A stretch of 64,000 nt of DNA from Candidatus Dormiibacterota bacterium (GCA_035995545.1 DASYKI010000016.1:820335-884334), one strand, 5' to 3'. Shown: positions 1-14,991, counted from the first letter of the stretch. Program-made: numbers and translations. Notes: a model not told the origin generated them from the letters alone.

Positions 1-1963
<1,963 letters not shown>

Positions 1964-1967
<4 letters not shown>

Positions 1968-2320
1968 CGGTCCTGAAGCAGCCCCAGGACGTTGCCGTCG
2001 GGGTCGGTGACGGTGGCCACCAGGCGGCCGCCACCGACGTCGCGCACGGGCTCCTTCAGGGTGGCACCGGCAGCGGTGACCTCGGCGAGCTTGGCCTCGA
2101 TGTCCGGCACGTGCCAGTAGGGCACCGGCGAGGTCATCTGCTGCGGTCCACCGCCCGGCACGAGCCCGATGTGCTGGTCGCCGGCGTCGAAGCCGACGTA
2201 GTAGGGCGCGTCGGCCTGCGGCGCGATGCCGAGCAGCGCGGTGTACATCGCCTTGGCGGTGGCGAGGTCGGAGACGGGAACCAGCACGGTCCTGATTCCC
2301 TGGGTGGGGGTGCCGGTCAT
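1964..2320 (-). CDS. VOC/glyoxalase-bleomycin-resistance family protein (118 aa)
   Basis: This is the C-terminal 118 codons of track ORF 1964..3076 (MTGTPTQGIRTVLVPVSDLATAKAMY..DPDGNVLGLLQ). AGGAG lies 5 nt upstream of ATG 2320. The stop TGA 1964-1966 overlaps the ATG of the UvrA-like gene (ATGA). Confidence 0.85.
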
Positions 2321-2352
2321 GGTCGCTCCTGAATCGGTGATGTCCATGCCGG

Positions 2353-2919
2353 TCACACTAGCTGCGGCTCGGTGAGGGGCGCTTCTCGATTCCTGACCGG
2401 TCTGGTCACCTGCTTGGACAGGCACGACGGCATCCCCGCCGTCGCCCGCGCCGCCAGGCGCCGGTAGGTGCTGGGCGGGACGCCGACCAGCGCGGTGAAG
2501 CGGGTGCTGAAGGTGCCCAGCGACGAGCAGCCCACCGCGAAGCAGGCGTCGGTGACGCTGACGTCGCCACGACGGAGCAGCGCCATGGCCCGCTCGATGC
2601 GCCGGGTCATCAGGTAGCCGTACGGCGCCTCGCCGTAGGCGAGCCGGAACTCGCGGCTGAGGTGCCCGGCCGACATGTGGGCACCCCGGGCGAGCGCCTC
2701 GACGTCCAGCGGCCGCGCGTACTCCCGGTCGATCCGGTCGCGGACGCGGCGCAGCCGGGCGAGGTCGCGCAGGTGCTGGTCCGCGGCCGGGCTGCTGGTC
2801 ACCTGCGAGATCGTGCCACGTCGCGGCGGAGGTGCGGGCGGCTTGGCGGCCGATCTGGAGGGGGCGGGTGGCCTTCGGTCCCGGAACCCACGCGGCGTGG
2901 GTGATTCCGTCGGAATCAC
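2353..2919 (-). CDS. AraC-family transcriptional regulator (small, HTH only)
   Basis: AraC-type double HTH: LDVEALARGAHMSAGHLSREFRLAYGEAPYGYLMTRRIERAMALL..VTDACFAVGCSSLGTFSTRFTALVGVPPSTYRR. The start is uncertain: 2919 is the longest GTG start, and an alternative GTG lies at 2802. Confidence 0.85.
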   Translation of the reverse strand: MIPTESPTPRGFRDRRPPAPSRSAAKPPAPPPRRGTISQVTSSPAADQHLRDLARLRRVRDRIDREYARPLDVEALARGAHMSAGHLSREFRLAYGEAPYGYLMTRRIERAMALLRRGDVSVTDACFAVGCSSLGTFSTRFTALVGVPPSTYRRLAARATAGMPSCLSKQVTRPVRNREAPLTEPQLV

Positions 2920-2957
2920 CGAAGGAGTGGCCGTTCGGCGCGAGTAAGGTCGGGGGC

Positions 2958-4409
2958 GTGAAGGGCTGGCATCCTCGTCGCGTCGCCTGGGCGGCGCTGG
3001 CCGCCGGGCTCGGAGCTGCGGCCGGAGCGATTCCCGCGCACGCCGCGCCCCTCCCGCCCGTGGTCGGGCTGCCCAACTACGGCGGGCCGAGCACCACCGG
3101 CACCGCCGCGATCCGGGCCGACGCCGCCAACGCCCAGCTGCGCGGCGCGGACGGGGCTCCCCTGGACGGGCGCGGGACGTCCGTCGCGATCATCGACACC
3201 GGCGTCGACCCCACCCATCCCGCCTTCGCGCTGCCCGACGGGTCGAGCAAGGTGGCGCTGAGCCTGTCGGCACTGCCCTGCCTGGCCCAGGAGTACACCG
3301 CGCCCACGGACGGATCGTGCATCAGCGCCCTGCCCGCGTCGGTGGACAGCGACACCGGGCACGGCGGGCACGGCAGCATGGTCGCGGGCGTTGCCGTCGG
3401 CACCCCGTACCTGCTGCCGGACGGGACCAGGGTGGGCGGCGTGGCGCCGGGCGCCCGGATCGTGATGATCTCGGCGACGGCGGCGCTGGTGGCCATCGAC
3501 AACGCGTTCTCCTGGGTGCTGCAGCACCACGCGGCGCCGTGCGGGGCCGGTGTGCCGGCGGCGGTCTGCCCGCCGATCCGCGTGCTCAGCTGCTCGTGGG
3601 GGGTGAACGACCCGGTGATCACCGCGCTGGAGGACAGGCTGGCGGCGGCGGGAGTGCTCACGGTGTGGGCCAACGGCAACCAGGGCGGCGACGGCACCAC
3701 CAGCCAGTCGAACCCAGGTCCGGCGGCGGATCCCACGCCGGGCGTGATGAGCGTGGCGTCGTTCGACGACGCCGGGACGGGCACGCGCGACGGCACCGTG
3801 TCCGCGACGTCGTCGCGCGGGGCGGCGGCGAAGCCCGCGACGTGGCCGGACATCTCGGCGCCGGGGGCGAACATCGTGTCGGCGTGCCGACCCTACCTGG
3901 CCATCTGCAACGCCATCGGCACCGGGCCCCGCAACGGGCCGGGGGCGGCCGATGTCGGTACCTACAACACCGCGTCGGGGACGTCCTTCTCGGCGCCCTC
4001 GCTGGCGGGGGTGATCGCCATGCTCTTTCAAGCCGATCCCGACGCAACCGCGGCGCGGATCGACGGCGCCCTGGTCGGGACGGCGTACAAGTACCGCGAC
4101 GGGGCGCCGTACCAGGCGGTCGGGTCGTACACGTCGAGCTTCGACAAGGGCGCCGGCCTGGTGGACGCGTTTGCCGCCGCGCTGGCCCTGGGCGCCAAGG
4201 GTGGCGGCGATCGCGTCGGCGATGTCGGGACCATTGGCCAACGTGTCGCGGCCGAAGCCGGTCCCGCGACGGTGACCGGGCTGCCGAACACCGCCGCCGG
4301 GTCTGGCCAGGCCACGCTTCCCGCGCTGCTCCTGGGTCTCGCTGCCGCGACCGGTGTGCGGCGCATCCGGCAGCGCAGAAACGTTGGCAGGGCTCGAGCG
4401 CGGCGATGA
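2958..4409 (+). CDS. Secreted subtilisin-like serine protease (peptidase S8) with a C-terminal cell-surface sorting-like signal
   Basis: Catalytic motifs IIDTGVD (Asp), HGGHGSMVAG (His) and SGTSFSAPSLAG (Ser). GTG 2958 gives a signal-peptide-like N-terminus (VKGWHPRRVAWAALAAGLGAAAGAIPAHA). The C-terminus has GLPNTAAG, then a hydrophobic stretch, then an Arg-rich tail. The track ORF is 2832..4409 and the start is uncertain. Confidence 0.9.
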   Translation: MKGWHPRRVAWAALAAGLGAAAGAIPAHAAPLPPVVGLPNYGGPSTTGTAAIRADAANAQLRGADGAPLDGRGTSVAIIDTGVDPTHPAFALPDGSSKVALSLSALPCLAQEYTAPTDGSCISALPASVDSDTGHGGHGSMVAGVAVGTPYLLPDGTRVGGVAPGARIVMISATAALVAIDNAFSWVLQHHAAPCGAGVPAAVCPPIRVLSCSWGVNDPVITALEDRLAAAGVLTVWANGNQGGDGTTSQSNPGPAADPTPGVMSVASFDDAGTGTRDGTVSATSSRGAAAKPATWPDISAPGANIVSACRPYLAICNAIGTGPRNGPGAADVGTYNTASGTSFSAPSLAGVIAMLFQADPDATAARIDGALVGTAYKYRDGAPYQAVGSYTSSFDKGAGLVDAFAAALALGAKGGGDRVGDVGTIGQRVAAEAGPATVTGLPNTAAGSGQATLPALLLGLAAATGVRRIRQRRNVGRARARR

Positions 4410-5812
4410 CTCTCGCAACCACTCCGGCCTTGGCCCTGCAGCAGCGACTCGACGAGCTCGCCGCGCGGCACAACGTCGTCGGTGCGTCGTTCGCGGTCCG
4501 GCACGGCGACGAGACCATCGAGGTCGCCACCGGCATCGCCAGCATGCGCACCGGCGCACCGGCAACGCCCGAGACACTCTTCCAGGTCGGCTCGATCACC
4601 AAGGTGTACACGGCGACACTGGTGATGCAGCTCGTAGAACGCGGCGTCCTCGACCTCGACGCGCCGGTGGCGCGCGCGCTGCCCGAGCTGCGTCTCAGCA
4701 CTCCGGACCTGCCCGAGCAGATCACCCTGCGACATCTGCTGACGCACACCAGCGGCATCGACGGCGACCACTTCGCCGACATGGGCCGCGGCGACGACGC
4801 GGTGGAGCGCTACGTCGCATCGTGCCGGCAGCTGCCGCAGATCTTCGCGCCCGGACGGATGTGCTCGTACTCCAACGCGGGGTACGTGATCCTCGGCCGC
4901 GTCCTCGAGGTGACACTGGGGACGACGTGGGACCGCGCGCTCGCGGAGAACGTGCTCAGGCCGCTGCAGTGCGCCGCGACGGTGACCCTGCCGGAGGACG
5001 CGATCCTGCACCCCGTCGCCATCGGGCACCTGCCCGGCGAGGGTGGCGACGTCACCGCGCCGCGTCCCACCCCGGTGTGGTCGCTGCCGCGCTCGGTGGG
5101 GCCGGCTGGACACGTCGTCGCCACGGCAGCGGACGTGCTGCGCTTCGCGCACATGCACCTCGACGGCGGCCGCGCCGCCGACGGCGCCCAGGTGCTCGAC
5201 GCGCAGACGGTGGCCGGCATGCGGCAGCCGCAGGTGGAGCTGATCGACCCCATGCTCGGCGACCACTGGGCGCTGGGCTGGTTCGGCTCGCACTGGGAGG
5301 GCGGCCGCACCGTCGGGCACGACGGCGCCACCATCGGCCAGGGCGCCTTCCTGCGCCTGCTGCCCGACCACCACCTCGCCGCCGTGCTGCTCACCAACGG
5401 CGGCTCGGTGCGCGCACTCTACGAGGACCTGTTCAGCGAGGTGCTCGCCGACCGCGCCGGCGTCGCCCTGCGGCGCACACCGGCGATCCCGCCGCCGGGA
5501 GGCGACACGCACCTCGACGTCGACCTCGATGCCCTCGAAGGCACGTACGAACGCTACGGGTTCCGCTACGAGATCGCCGCGCAGGACGACGGCACGCTGC
5601 AGCTGACGCCGTCGATCACCGTCGACGAGCCGCTGCTGGCCCTGGCCGCGCTGCCCACCCTGCGCATGGTGCCGTACCAGGGACTCACCGTCGTCTGCCA
5701 TCCGCCGGCGCTGCCGCAGGCGCGCGCGACGGGAACCTTCGCCGGCGTCGAGAACGGGCGCGCGCAGTGGCTGCACATCGGTGGCCGGGTGGCGCGCAGA
5801 GTGTCGCGTTGA
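4406..5812 (+). CDS. Serine hydrolase of the beta-lactamase/transpeptidase-like fold (class C / D-aminopeptidase / esterase type), cytoplasmic
   Basis: ATG 4406 overlaps the S8 stop (ATGA). Motifs are SxxK (SITK) and Y-S-N (SYSNAGY). There is no signal peptide, and there is an extra C-terminal domain of about 100 aa. Only the second part of track ORF 3317..5812 is real. Confidence 0.88.
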   Translation: MTLATTPALALQQRLDELAARHNVVGASFAVRHGDETIEVATGIASMRTGAPATPETLFQVGSITKVYTATLVMQLVERGVLDLDAPVARALPELRLSTPDLPEQITLRHLLTHTSGIDGDHFADMGRGDDAVERYVASCRQLPQIFAPGRMCSYSNAGYVILGRVLEVTLGTTWDRALAENVLRPLQCAATVTLPEDAILHPVAIGHLPGEGGDVTAPRPTPVWSLPRSVGPAGHVVATAADVLRFAHMHLDGGRAADGAQVLDAQTVAGMRQPQVELIDPMLGDHWALGWFGSHWEGGRTVGHDGATIGQGAFLRLLPDHHLAAVLLTNGGSVRALYEDLFSEVLADRAGVALRRTPAIPPPGGDTHLDVDLDALEGTYERYGFRYEIAAQDDGTLQLTPSITVDEPLLALAALPTLRMVPYQGLTVVCHPPALPQARATGTFAGVENGRAQWLHIGGRVARRVSR

Positions 5813-8021
5813 TCGAGGAACCGCAGGCCGGCATCGAGGCGGTGCGGGCGGCGGGACGCGCGGCCATGGGCGTCACCGGCCAGGACGTGCGCGAGTCGCT
5901 GCGCAGCGCGCTGCGCGCATCGCACGCGGGGTGGTACCCGCTGCTGGCGCTGGGCCTCCTGGCCATCATCGACACCTTCCAGCTCTACGCCTACGTCACC
6001 CTCGGGCCCGACATCAGCGCCTCGCTGGGAATCAGCAAGACCGCGGTGACCATGATCCTGGTGCTCGACCAGCTGGCCATCGTGCTGGCCAGCCTGGCCG
6101 CCGCGGGGCTCGTCCAGCGCGTGCCGCGGCGCGGCCTGGTGGCCAGCACCACGGGCATGGCCTGGAGCCTGATGACGTTGCTCACCGGACTGGTGACGTC
6201 GATCTGGCAGCTCGGCCTGGTGATGGTCGCCGACGGCGCCAGCAGCGGGTCGGTGCACGCGGTGCACAAGCCGCTGCTGCTGGACACCTATCCGGCCGCG
6301 ACGCGCGTGCGTGTGCTCAGTGCGTACCAGGTCGCCGCGGTGACGGGGACCATCCTCTCGCCGGCGCTGGTCGCGCTCCTCACCGGAGTCGTGCATCTGG
6401 GCTGGCGTGGCGTCTTCGTGGTCATGGGCCTGATCTGCGTGGCCAGCAGCCTGATCGCGGTGCGGCTGCGCGATCCCGGTTTCGGCGGCCAGGACACCGG
6501 CCGGCTGCGCGACGCCGTGCGCGCCGACGCGACCCGCCGCGACGGTGGCGGCAGCGCAGCGCCGGTTCCGCAGAGTGGCGATCCCGCAACCAGCCTGCGC
6601 GTGATGGAGATCGTGCAGCGCCTGATGATCATCCCCACCATGCGGCGCACCCTCGCCGTCGCCGCCGCGCTCGGCGTGGGACTGGTGCCGCTCAACAGCT
6701 ACTTCTCCTTCTTCCTCGAACAGCGCTGGGGCCTGGGGCCGACGCAGCGCGCGCTGTTCTTCGCCCTGGTGCCTGTGTTCACCGCGATCGCGCTGGTGGT
6801 CGGCTCGCGACACGGCGAGTCGCTGTACCGCCGTGACCCTGCCCGGCTGATGCGCCTCGGCGCGCTGCTCATCGGTGGCGCCGCGGTCAGCCTGATCGCG
6901 GTGGTGGCGGCGCCGGTGTTCTGGATGATGGCGCTCGCCTTCGCGCTGACCAGCGCGATGCTGGCCGGCGTGGTGCCCGCGCTGTACACCGGTGCGCTGT
7001 CGGTGGTGGCGCCGCGCATGCGGCCGCACGCGTCGGCGCTGCTCGGCGTCTTCCTGGTTGCCGTCGGCGGCATCCTGGGCCTGCTGGTGCTGGGCAGCGC
7101 CGATTCGCGCTACGGGCCGGCGGGGTCGGTGGTGGCGGTGTGCTTCCCGTGCATCGTGGCCGCGCTGCTGATGCGCTCGGCGGCGGGCAGCGTCAACACC
7201 GATCTCGACAACCTCATCGACGAGATCGTCGAGGCGGAGCAGCTGACCCGCCTCGACGCTCGCGGCGTGCAGCTCCCGCTGCTGAGCTGCCGGCGGGTGA
7301 GCTTCTCCTACGGCGCGCTGCAGGTGCTCTTCGACGTCGACTTCAGCGTCGAGGACGGCGAGATGGTGGCCCTGCTCGGCACCAACGGCGCGGGCAAGTC
7401 GACGTTGCTGCGCGTCATCGCCGGCACCGGCCTGCCCTTCAGCGGCAGCGTGCGCTATCGCGGCGCGGACATCACCTATCTCGACGCCGAGCGCCGCGTG
7501 CGGCTCGGCATCGCCCAGGTCCCGGGCGGGCGCGCCGTGTTCGGGCGCATGTCCGTCGTCGACAACATGCGCGTCTTCGGCTTCACCCACGGACGCGACC
7601 GCCGCGCCGTCGACCGCGGTATCGAGCGCAGCCTGGCCGCGTTCCCCCGTCTCGGCGAGCGGCGCAACCAGGCGGCGGGAACGCTGAGCGGCGGCGAGCA
7701 GCAGATGCTGGCTCTGTCCAAGGCGCTCATCCTCGAGCCGAGACTGCTGTGCATCGACGAGCTCTCGCTGGGACTGGCGCCCAAGGTGGTCGGCGAGCTG
7801 CTCACCATGGTGCGCGCCATCAACGCGACGGGCACCGCGGTGGTGCTGGTCGAGCAGTCGGTCAACGTCGCGCTGTCGCTGGTCGAGCGTGCCTATTTCA
7901 TGGAGAAGGGGGAGGTGCGCTTCCAGGGCCGCGCGTCGGAGCTGCTCGACCGCGACGACCTGCTGCGCTCGGTGTTCCTCGAAGGCGCGGCGCGCGGTCT
8001 CGCCGGCGCCGGGACCGGGCG

Positions 8022-8025
<4 letters not shown>
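5809..8025 (+). CDS. Fusion protein: MFS-like polytopic membrane domain plus LivF-like ABC ATPase
   Basis: This is the real part of track ORF 4354..8025. Start candidates are TTG 5809 (TTGA overlap with the upstream stop at 5810-5812), GTG 5842 and ATG 5866. About 12 hydrophobic helices are followed by Walker A GTNGAGKST, signature LSGGEQQM and Walker B LLCIDELS. Confidence 0.85.
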
Positions 8026-10847
<2,822 letters not shown>

Positions 10848-10858
10848 GGAGGACGACC

Positions 10859-13366
10859 GTGACCAACCACCGAGCCACCGTCGCGCCTCTCCGCGCGCTG
10901 CTCTGCGCCGCACTCGCCGTCGCCGCGTCGGCCGGTGCCGCACTCAGCTTCGTCCGCGCCGCCGGCGCCGAGGTGGCCGGCACCCCGATGAACCTCCACG
11001 TTGACGCGCAGGAGTACGCGGCGACGGCTCCCGCCGACCCGTACCAGCACGACGCGGCGGCCATCCACGTCAGCGTCGCCGGCGGCCAGGACACCACGCG
11101 CAGCTACGTCCACGTCGACCTGGCCGGGCTGGTCGGCGGCGCCATGCCGACCTCGGTCCTGCTCAGCCTGACTCCCAACGGCGACGCCGCCGCCAACGCC
11201 AACGGCAGCGCGGCGACGCTGCAGGCGTGTCCGCTGCTGGGATCGCTGGAGCCGTTCAACCCGACCTCGCCGCCCGGTTTCGACTGCACCAGCGCGGCGC
11301 ACGGCACGCCGGCCGCCGCGGGCACGTGGACCTTCGAGCTGGCCCCGCTGATGCAGCGCTGGCTGCTCGAAACCAACCGCGGCGTCGCCATCGTCGCCGA
11401 CCACAGCGCCGCGACCGCGACCTGGTTCACCGCCTTCGATAGGAGCAAGACACGGGCGATCGCGGTCGTGCCGGTGAGCGACTCGCCACCGCTGTCGACG
11501 TACACCTTCCCCGCGGTGCCGGCAGCGCCGCCACCCGCACCGCCGCCCGCGGCCGTGGCGCCGCCGTTCCTGTCAGTACCGGCCACAACTCCGGGGCCAC
11601 CGAGCGCGGCAACACCGGGGCCGTCGCCGTCGCCGAGCAGCGCCGCGAGTGCAGCCGGCGGAGCCGGCACCGGCACCCCACCCGCGCCGGGTGCCGCCAC
11701 CATGCACGTGGAACCCGCCAGCACCTGGCTGTGGTGGCTGCTCGGCTCCGTCCTGCTCGGCGCCGCAGCCGCGCTGGCCATGGTGGTGCAGCGCGCGGTG
11801 CGAGATGCCCACCGTCTTCCCGACGCCGCCGCGCTGCGCGCCGCCCTGCGCCATCCCGACCTGCGCCTCTCTCGCGCCGGCGCGCTGGTCATGATCGGCG
11901 CCGTCGTCGCCGTCGGCTTCTCCAACCGCCTCGCCGTCCAGGGCAGTCCCGCCGCAGCGGGCAGCTCCGGACCGCAGGCGGCTGCGGGCGCAACCCCCAG
12001 CAGCGGCGCAGCCGGCGGCGGCAACACCGGCGCCACGGCGCCACCACCCGGCGCAGCGAGCGGGCCCGCCGCCGCACAGAGCGCAGCCGCCGCCGCCCAG
12101 AGCGCCGCCGCCGCCGCAGCAGCAGCGGGAGCGCAGGCACCCACCGGCGACATCCCCGGCGTGACCGCCACCACCATCCGCATCGGCTTCATGACCGAGA
12201 CCAACCGCTCGGCGGGCAACGGCGCCATCGGAGCCAAGAACATCGGCGACTACGGCAACGTGCCCGCCCAGGCGCAGGCGATGGCCGACTGGCTCAACCG
12301 CAACGGGGGCATCGCCGGACGCCGGGTGATCCCGGTGATGGAGAACTTCGACGCCTCCAACACCGACCCCAACCAGGAGGCGGCGCTCTGCACCAAGTTC
12401 ACCCAGGACGACCACGTCTTCTCCGTCGTCGACATCGAGTCCAACCTCGACTACGGAGCGTGCTACGCGCACGCGCACACACTCGTGGTCGAGGCGCAGA
12501 CCTACCAGGGCGACACGCAATTGATGGACCACCTCGCCCCGTACGTGTTCGACTCGACCACGCCACCCAACGAGCGCGCCTTCCAGGTGCACGCCGACGG
12601 CCTTGCCCAGCAGGGATTCTTCGGCAAGACCGACAAGGTGGGCATCATCGTCGCCGACGATCCGCTGATCCGCCGCGACTTCACCGAGGTGGCCATGCCG
12701 CGCCTCGCCCGCGCCGGGGTGACCAATCCCGACCTCTACTACGTCAACCCCTACTCCGACACCGGCACCAAGGCGCGCGACCTGGGCACCGCGGTGACCC
12801 GCATGCACAGCAACGGCGACACCGAGGTCATGCTCTTCGGCGACTCCGGGGGCGGCGCCACCCTGATCACCATGGCCGCGGCCAAGGGCCAGGGCTGGTA
12901 CCCCAAGTGGGGTCTCGACACCAGCAGCGCACCCGGCGCGCTGGAGACCATCAGCCAGATCTCCGACGAGATGAAGACCGCGGTGGTGGTCGGCTACAAC
13001 CGCACCTACGACGCGGAGAGCGACAGGGGCGGCGAGCCGGTGCCGGCCTCGCCGCTGGAAAAGCTCTGCGTCGACACCTACAGGGCGGCGGGGATCAGCT
13101 TCGCCACCCGGCTCAACTCGGTGGTCGCCTACCGCTACTGCGACTACGCCTTCCTGCTGCACCAGGCCTCGCAGGGGCTCGGCGCCAACCTGAGCATCCA
13201 GACCCTGATGGCGCAGGCGTGGCACCTGGGCAGCTCGTACATGTCGGTCAACGCCTACCACGCCACCTTCAACGGCCGGCCCTACGGCACCGACGGCTAC
13301 CGCATGCTCGGCTACGACACCGGGTGCTCATGCTTCAAGTACAGCAGCCCGACCTACACGTTCTGA
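10859..13366 (+). CDS. Composite envelope protein: signal peptide + unknown beta-rich domain + Pro-rich linker + 2 TM helices + Ala/Gly linker + Liv-type (type I PBP) substrate-binding domain
   Basis: GTG 10859 is preceded by GAGGAGG (6-nt spacer) and lies 11 nt after the upstream stop. The signal peptide is LLCAALAVAASAGAALS. The TM helices are WLWWLLGSVLLGAAAALAMVV and ALVMIGAVVAVGF. The SBP-like part starts GVTATTIRIGF. Only the last 835 codons of track ORF 7889..13366 are real. Confidence 0.8.
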   Translation: MTNHRATVAPLRALLCAALAVAASAGAALSFVRAAGAEVAGTPMNLHVDAQEYAATAPADPYQHDAAAIHVSVAGGQDTTRSYVHVDLAGLVGGAMPTSVLLSLTPNGDAAANANGSAATLQACPLLGSLEPFNPTSPPGFDCTSAAHGTPAAAGTWTFELAPLMQRWLLETNRGVAIVADHSAATATWFTAFDRSKTRAIAVVPVSDSPPLSTYTFPAVPAAPPPAPPPAAVAPPFLSVPATTPGPPSAATPGPSPSPSSAASAAGGAGTGTPPAPGAATMHVEPASTWLWWLLGSVLLGAAAALAMVVQRAVRDAHRLPDAAALRAALRHPDLRLSRAGALVMIGAVVAVGFSNRLAVQGSPAAAGSSGPQAAAGATPSSGAAGGGNTGATAPPPGAASGPAAAQSAAAAAQSAAAAAAAAGAQAPTGDIPGVTATTIRIGFMTETNRSAGNGAIGAKNIGDYGNVPAQAQAMADWLNRNGGIAGRRVIPVMENFDASNTDPNQEAALCTKFTQDDHVFSVVDIESNLDYGACYAHAHTLVVEAQTYQGDTQLMDHLAPYVFDSTTPPNERAFQVHADGLAQQGFFGKTDKVGIIVADDPLIRRDFTEVAMPRLARAGVTNPDLYYVNPYSDTGTKARDLGTAVTRMHSNGDTEVMLFGDSGGGATLITMAAAKGQGWYPKWGLDTSSAPGALETISQISDEMKTAVVVGYNRTYDAESDRGGEPVPASPLEKLCVDTYRAAGISFATRLNSVVAYRYCDYAFLLHQASQGLGANLSIQTLMAQAWHLGSSYMSVNAYHATFNGRPYGTDGYRMLGYDTGCSCFKYSSPTYTF

Positions 13367-13404
13367 GCAGCGGCGCGGCCCCGGCGCCCGCCTATGCTGC
13401 CCAC

Positions 13405-14991
13405 GTGGTCACCCTGGAGCAGGTCCTCGACTCGCTCGGCGTCGACGTGCTGCGCCCGCTGGCCGCGCCGCAGGGGCTGCAGATGCCGGTGTCGGCGTTG
13501 AGCATCTTCGACCCCGACGATCCCACCCCGGCCGGCGAGGGCACGGTGGTTCTCGGCATCGGCCTGCGTCCCGACCGCGACCTGCGCCAGGTGATGGAGC
13601 GGCTGGCCGAGCAGGGCGCGGTGCTGGCCATCAAGGTTCCCGCCGGCGTGCAGGCGCGCCTGGCGGCCGACGCCGAGTCGCTCGGCCTCACCGTGCTGGC
13701 GGTTGCGCCGGGCGCGGCCTGGGTGCACCTCGTCGCCCTGCTGCGCTCGGTGATGGAGTCGGTGCCCGGCGAGCGGTCCGGCGAACGCCTCGGTGGCGCG
13801 GCGGCGGGCGACCTCTTCGCGGTGGCCAACGCGGTGGCCGCACTGGTCGACGCACCGGTGACCATCGAGGACGCGCAGTCGCGCGTGCTCGCCTACTCGG
13901 GCCGCCAGGACGAGGCCGACGAGGCGCGCAAGCTGACCATCCTCGGCCGCCAGATCCCCGAGGCCTACTACCGCAGGTTCCAGCGCGACGGCGTCTACCG
14001 CCGCCTCTCGAGCAGCCGTGAGCCGCTCTACCTCGACAGCCTCGGCCCCGACGTGCTGCCGCGCGTCGCCGTCGGTGTCACCGCGGGCGACGAGGTGCTC
14101 GGTTCCATCTGGGCAGCGGTGCGCACCAGGCCCAGCGACGCGCAGATGCGCGAGCTGGCCGAGGCGGCCAGCTTCGTCGCCATCCACCTGCTGCGCCACC
14201 GCCTCGCCGTCGACGTGCAGCGCAGCCTGCACACAGATCTGGTCGCTGTTGTCATCAACGGGGGCAGCCTCGCCGCCGACGCGGCCGGCCGGCTCGGCCT
14301 GGTGGGGGAGGGGTTTCGCGTCCTCGCCGTCGGCCTGCGTCCCGATGCCCAGGAGGACAACGAGCTGGCCCTGCTGCGCGCCTGGGACACGCTGTCGATG
14401 CACCTCTCGGTGGTGCACCGGCGCGCCGCCAGCGGCCTGGTCCAGGGTGTCGTCTACGCGGTGCTGCCCGCGCCGTCCGACCCCGCGCAGAGCCGCCGCG
14501 CCGCCGAGCAGGCGGCGGAGGGGTTCCTGGCGCGCATCCCCGCACCGCGCCGCGAGCAGCTCATCGTCGCCGCCGGCGGACACGCCGCCGACCTGGTAGC
14601 GCTGCCCCAGTCGCGGCGCGACGCCGACCGCGTGCTCCGCGTCCTGGGGTCTCGCACACCACGCGCGCAGTCGAGCGTCGGTGCCATCGACGACCTGCGC
14701 CTGCAGGTGCTGCTGCTCCGTCTCGCCGAGCTGGCCGACGAGGAGTCGATCTCCGAGACCGGCCCGCTGCACGACCTGGTCGAGCACGACCGCCGCCACC
14801 GCACCCACCACGTCGCCACCCTGCGCGCCTACCTCGACTGCTTCGGCGACGTCCTCGCCGCCGCGCGCTCCCTCGGCGTCCACCACAACACCTACCGCTA
14901 CCGGTTGCAGAAGCTGCGCCAGCTCCCCGGCATCGACCTCGACGACCCCGACCAGCGTCTCGCCCTGATGCTGCAGCTGCGGTTGACGTAG
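13405..14991 (+). CDS. PucR/CdaR-family transcriptional regulator
   Basis: The start is GTG 13405 (VVTLEQVLDSLG). There is a C-terminal PucR-type HTH (LRAYLDCFGDVLAAARSLGVHHNTYRYRLQKL). This is the real part of track ORF 11731..14991. Confidence 0.88.
   Translation: MVTLEQVLDSLGVDVLRPLAAPQGLQMPVSALSIFDPDDPTPAGEGTVVLGIGLRPDRDLRQVMERLAEQGAVLAIKVPAGVQARLAADAESLGLTVLAVAPGAAWVHLVALLRSVMESVPGERSGERLGGAAAGDLFAVANAVAALVDAPVTIEDAQSRVLAYSGRQDEADEARKLTILGRQIPEAYYRRFQRDGVYRRLSSSREPLYLDSLGPDVLPRVAVGVTAGDEVLGSIWAAVRTRPSDAQMRELAEAASFVAIHLLRHRLAVDVQRSLHTDLVAVVINGGSLAADAAGRLGLVGEGFRVLAVGLRPDAQEDNELALLRAWDTLSMHLSVVHRRAASGLVQGVVYAVLPAPSDPAQSRRAAEQAAEGFLARIPAPRREQLIVAAGGHAADLVALPQSRRDADRVLRVLGSRTPRAQSSVGAIDDLRLQVLLLRLAELADEESISETGPLHDLVEHDRRHRTHHVATLRAYLDCFGDVLAAARSLGVHHNTYRYRLQKLRQLPGIDLDDPDQRLALMLQLRLT

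Noticed and set aside
11480-12130. Repetitive-looking GC-rich DNA (also at 28190-28330, 49500-49690 and 55900-55990), considered as possible tandem repeats or VNTRs
   Set aside because: These are codon-level low complexity encoding Pro-, Ala/Gly- or Ser/Thr-rich linkers inside ORFs. No exact unit-length tandem repeat is visible.
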